Below, piece by piece: positions 62,860 through 64,000 of a stretch of 64,000 nt of DNA. The stretch spans positions 23,636 through 87,635 of the forward strand of contig CAMHJE010000001.1 in assembly GCA_946185305.1 (NCBI GenBank), written 5' to 3'. Source of the DNA: an uncultured Clostridia bacterium. GTDB taxonomy: Bacteria > Bacillota > Clostridia > Christensenellales > CAG-138. The position numbers and the translations under genes are program-made. Below the pieces are notes generated by a model, which saw nothing but the letters and a program-made list of their open reading frames with translations, did no database searches and had not been told where the DNA came from. How positions within the stretch are numbered: the first letter of the stretch is position 1; every line of letters starts with the position of its first letter.

Positions 62860-64000
62860 TTACACCTCCGCGTCCAGGATCCGGTAGGCCCACGGCGCAA
62901 GCGGGGCGGAGGCTTCGGCGTCCGTGCTGTCAAACAGCAGCTTGCCGGAAGCGCCTGCCGGGATCGGCTGCGGCGCGTCGGAAAGGTTCAGCAGCACCCA
63001 CACGCTGTGCTCACCCTCGGTCTGATACGGGGCGGGCGGCACATCCTCCTTCACACGCAAAAACGCCATCACCGGCGTGCCGGTATGGAGGTACTCGGTG
63101 CGGTTCGAGCCGCGCGGGATAAAGCGGCGGCGGGCGGAAAGCAGTTCGGTGAAGTAGGCCGTCAGGTTCTCGCCGTCGTGCCCGTAGATCGCCGGATCCT
63201 CGTCACCCTGATAGAGCATCGGCACGCCGTCGAGCAGCGCGATCAAGGCAAACAGCGCCTTCGCGCCGTCCGTGCCGTAGCAGTCCACGGCGCGCTTCGA
63301 TTGCCACACCCACGAAACCGTGTCGTGATTGCCCAAAAAGCGCATCTTGTGGTAGTTCGCCGGGAACAGCCACGCTTCGCGCTCCAGGTAGTCGGTCAGC
63401 CCTTCGACGAACGCCGCGGGATCGGTGTGCAGCTTGGCTTCCAGATCGACGAACGCACGGTATAGGTTCATGCCGTAGAACAGGTCGGTGCAATGGTAGT
63501 AGTTCGGGATCGGGTTGAAGTTTTCCGGCAGGATGAACGACGGCTTGCCGCCACGCAGAAACCCTTCGCGGATCGCCTCGGTGATGTGAACGCCGGCAAG
63601 GACGCTGTTGCCGCTCGGCCGATTGCCGGGGTAGGGCCGCCAGTTGGAGAGCCCGCCCATCGCGCAGTCGATCCGCGCGCCGTCCACGCCGAAGCGGTCC
63701 ACATGATCGTGCACCAGCTCCGCGGTGTATTCCTGATAGCCGGGGTGGTTGTAGTCCATCGAGACACATTCCCATTCGTCCTGCAAAGAGCCGTCGCGCC
63801 GCTTGGACGGCCATGTCGGGTTGTCCTGCGCAATCGGAAATTCCGGCGCGGGGCCGTGCGGCACATAGTCGAACAGAATCGTCATGCCGAGCGCGTGCGC
63901 CCTGTCGCAATAGTATTTGCAGCCCTGTTCGCCGCCGTAGCGCGGGTCGATCACGCCCTGATCGGTCGAATGGTAGACGCCGCCCGCGTCATGCTCAAAG
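62860..64000 (-). CDS. Paralogous atypical GH13-family protein; 3' part only, the 5' end lies beyond the window
   Basis: ILFDYVPHGP, GARIDCAMG, ILPENF, FLGNHDT. The frame stays open to position 64000 (…FEHDAGGVYHSTDQGVIDPRYGG). The ORF-track M at 63954 is an internal GTG (Val). Confidence 0.8.
   Translation of the reverse strand, partial: FEHDAGGVYHSTDQGVIDPRYGGEQGCKYYCDRAHALGMTILFDYVPHGPAPEFPIAQDNPTWPSKRRDGSLQDEWECVSMDYNHPGYQEYTAELVHDHVDRFGVDGARIDCAMGGLSNWRPYPGNRPSGNSVLAGVHITEAIREGFLRGGKPSFILPENFNPIPNYYHCTDLFYGMNLYRAFVDLEAKLHTDPAAFVEGLTDYLEREAWLFPANYHKMRFLGNHDTVSWVWQSKRAVDCYGTDGAKALFALIALLDGVPMLYQGDEDPAIYGHDGENLTAYFTELLSARRRFIPRGSNRTEYLHTGTPVMAFLRVKEDVPPAPYQTEGEHSVWVLLNLSDAPQPIPAGASGKLLFDSTDAEASAPLAPWAYRILDAEV

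Noticed and set aside
1-64000. Search for mobile elements, prophage, defence systems (RM, TA, CRISPR-Cas, Abi) and tRNA/rRNA genes.
   Set aside because: I recognised no transposase, integrase, recombinase, cas, methyltransferase or toxin-like ORF. I noticed no long terminal inverted or direct repeats. No tRNA-like cloverleaf or rRNA sequence was seen in the intergenic regions, all of which are short and accounted for by promoters and terminators.

Overview
A visibly GC-rich bacterial chromosome segment. Gene content suggests an anaerobic Firmicutes/Clostridia-type organism: lipoprotein signal peptides, CUT1-type ABC importers without their own ATPase, a YesL/DUF624 protein and a glycyl-radical enzyme. 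That assignment is an inference. I found no rRNA, tRNA, CRISPR array, transposase, integrase or phage genes. Positions 1-19.7 kb are mostly housekeeping: rarA, pheA, a two-component system, an esterase/GT4/alpha-glucosidase operon, a cysteine-desulfidase-like gene, a short UvrA paralog, two M3 oligoendopeptidases flanking a LysR regulator and a cyclophilin, and tcdA. Positions 19.8-64 kb form a large carbohydrate-utilisation island. It holds a HAD plus RfaE-like kinase pair, GH2 and an intracellular GH10-like enzyme. It also holds a gap-free run of 17 genes (27062-48316) containing two ABC importers, several poorly characterised putative glycosidases and a nucleoside-hydrolase/GH4/PfkB triad. 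After that come a triple-repeat surface lipoprotein, GH38 alpha-mannosidase, a D-lyxose/mannose isomerase, an amidohydrolase, a LacI regulator, a ROK kinase and two tandem atypical GH13 lipoproteins. Three things deserve the most attention. (i) An orphan, short glycyl-radical enzyme with a divergently transcribed ferredoxin-type activase. (ii) A six-gene module built around a 972-aa CBM-SBP fusion, an NHL/TPR protein, a Yip1 protein and a 768-aa lipoprotein. (iii) A 14-bp pseudo-palindromic operator found seven times, overlapping the predicted +1 of four promoters, that ties the radical enzyme to the glycan loci. All functional calls come from motif recognition by eye. No database search was possible.
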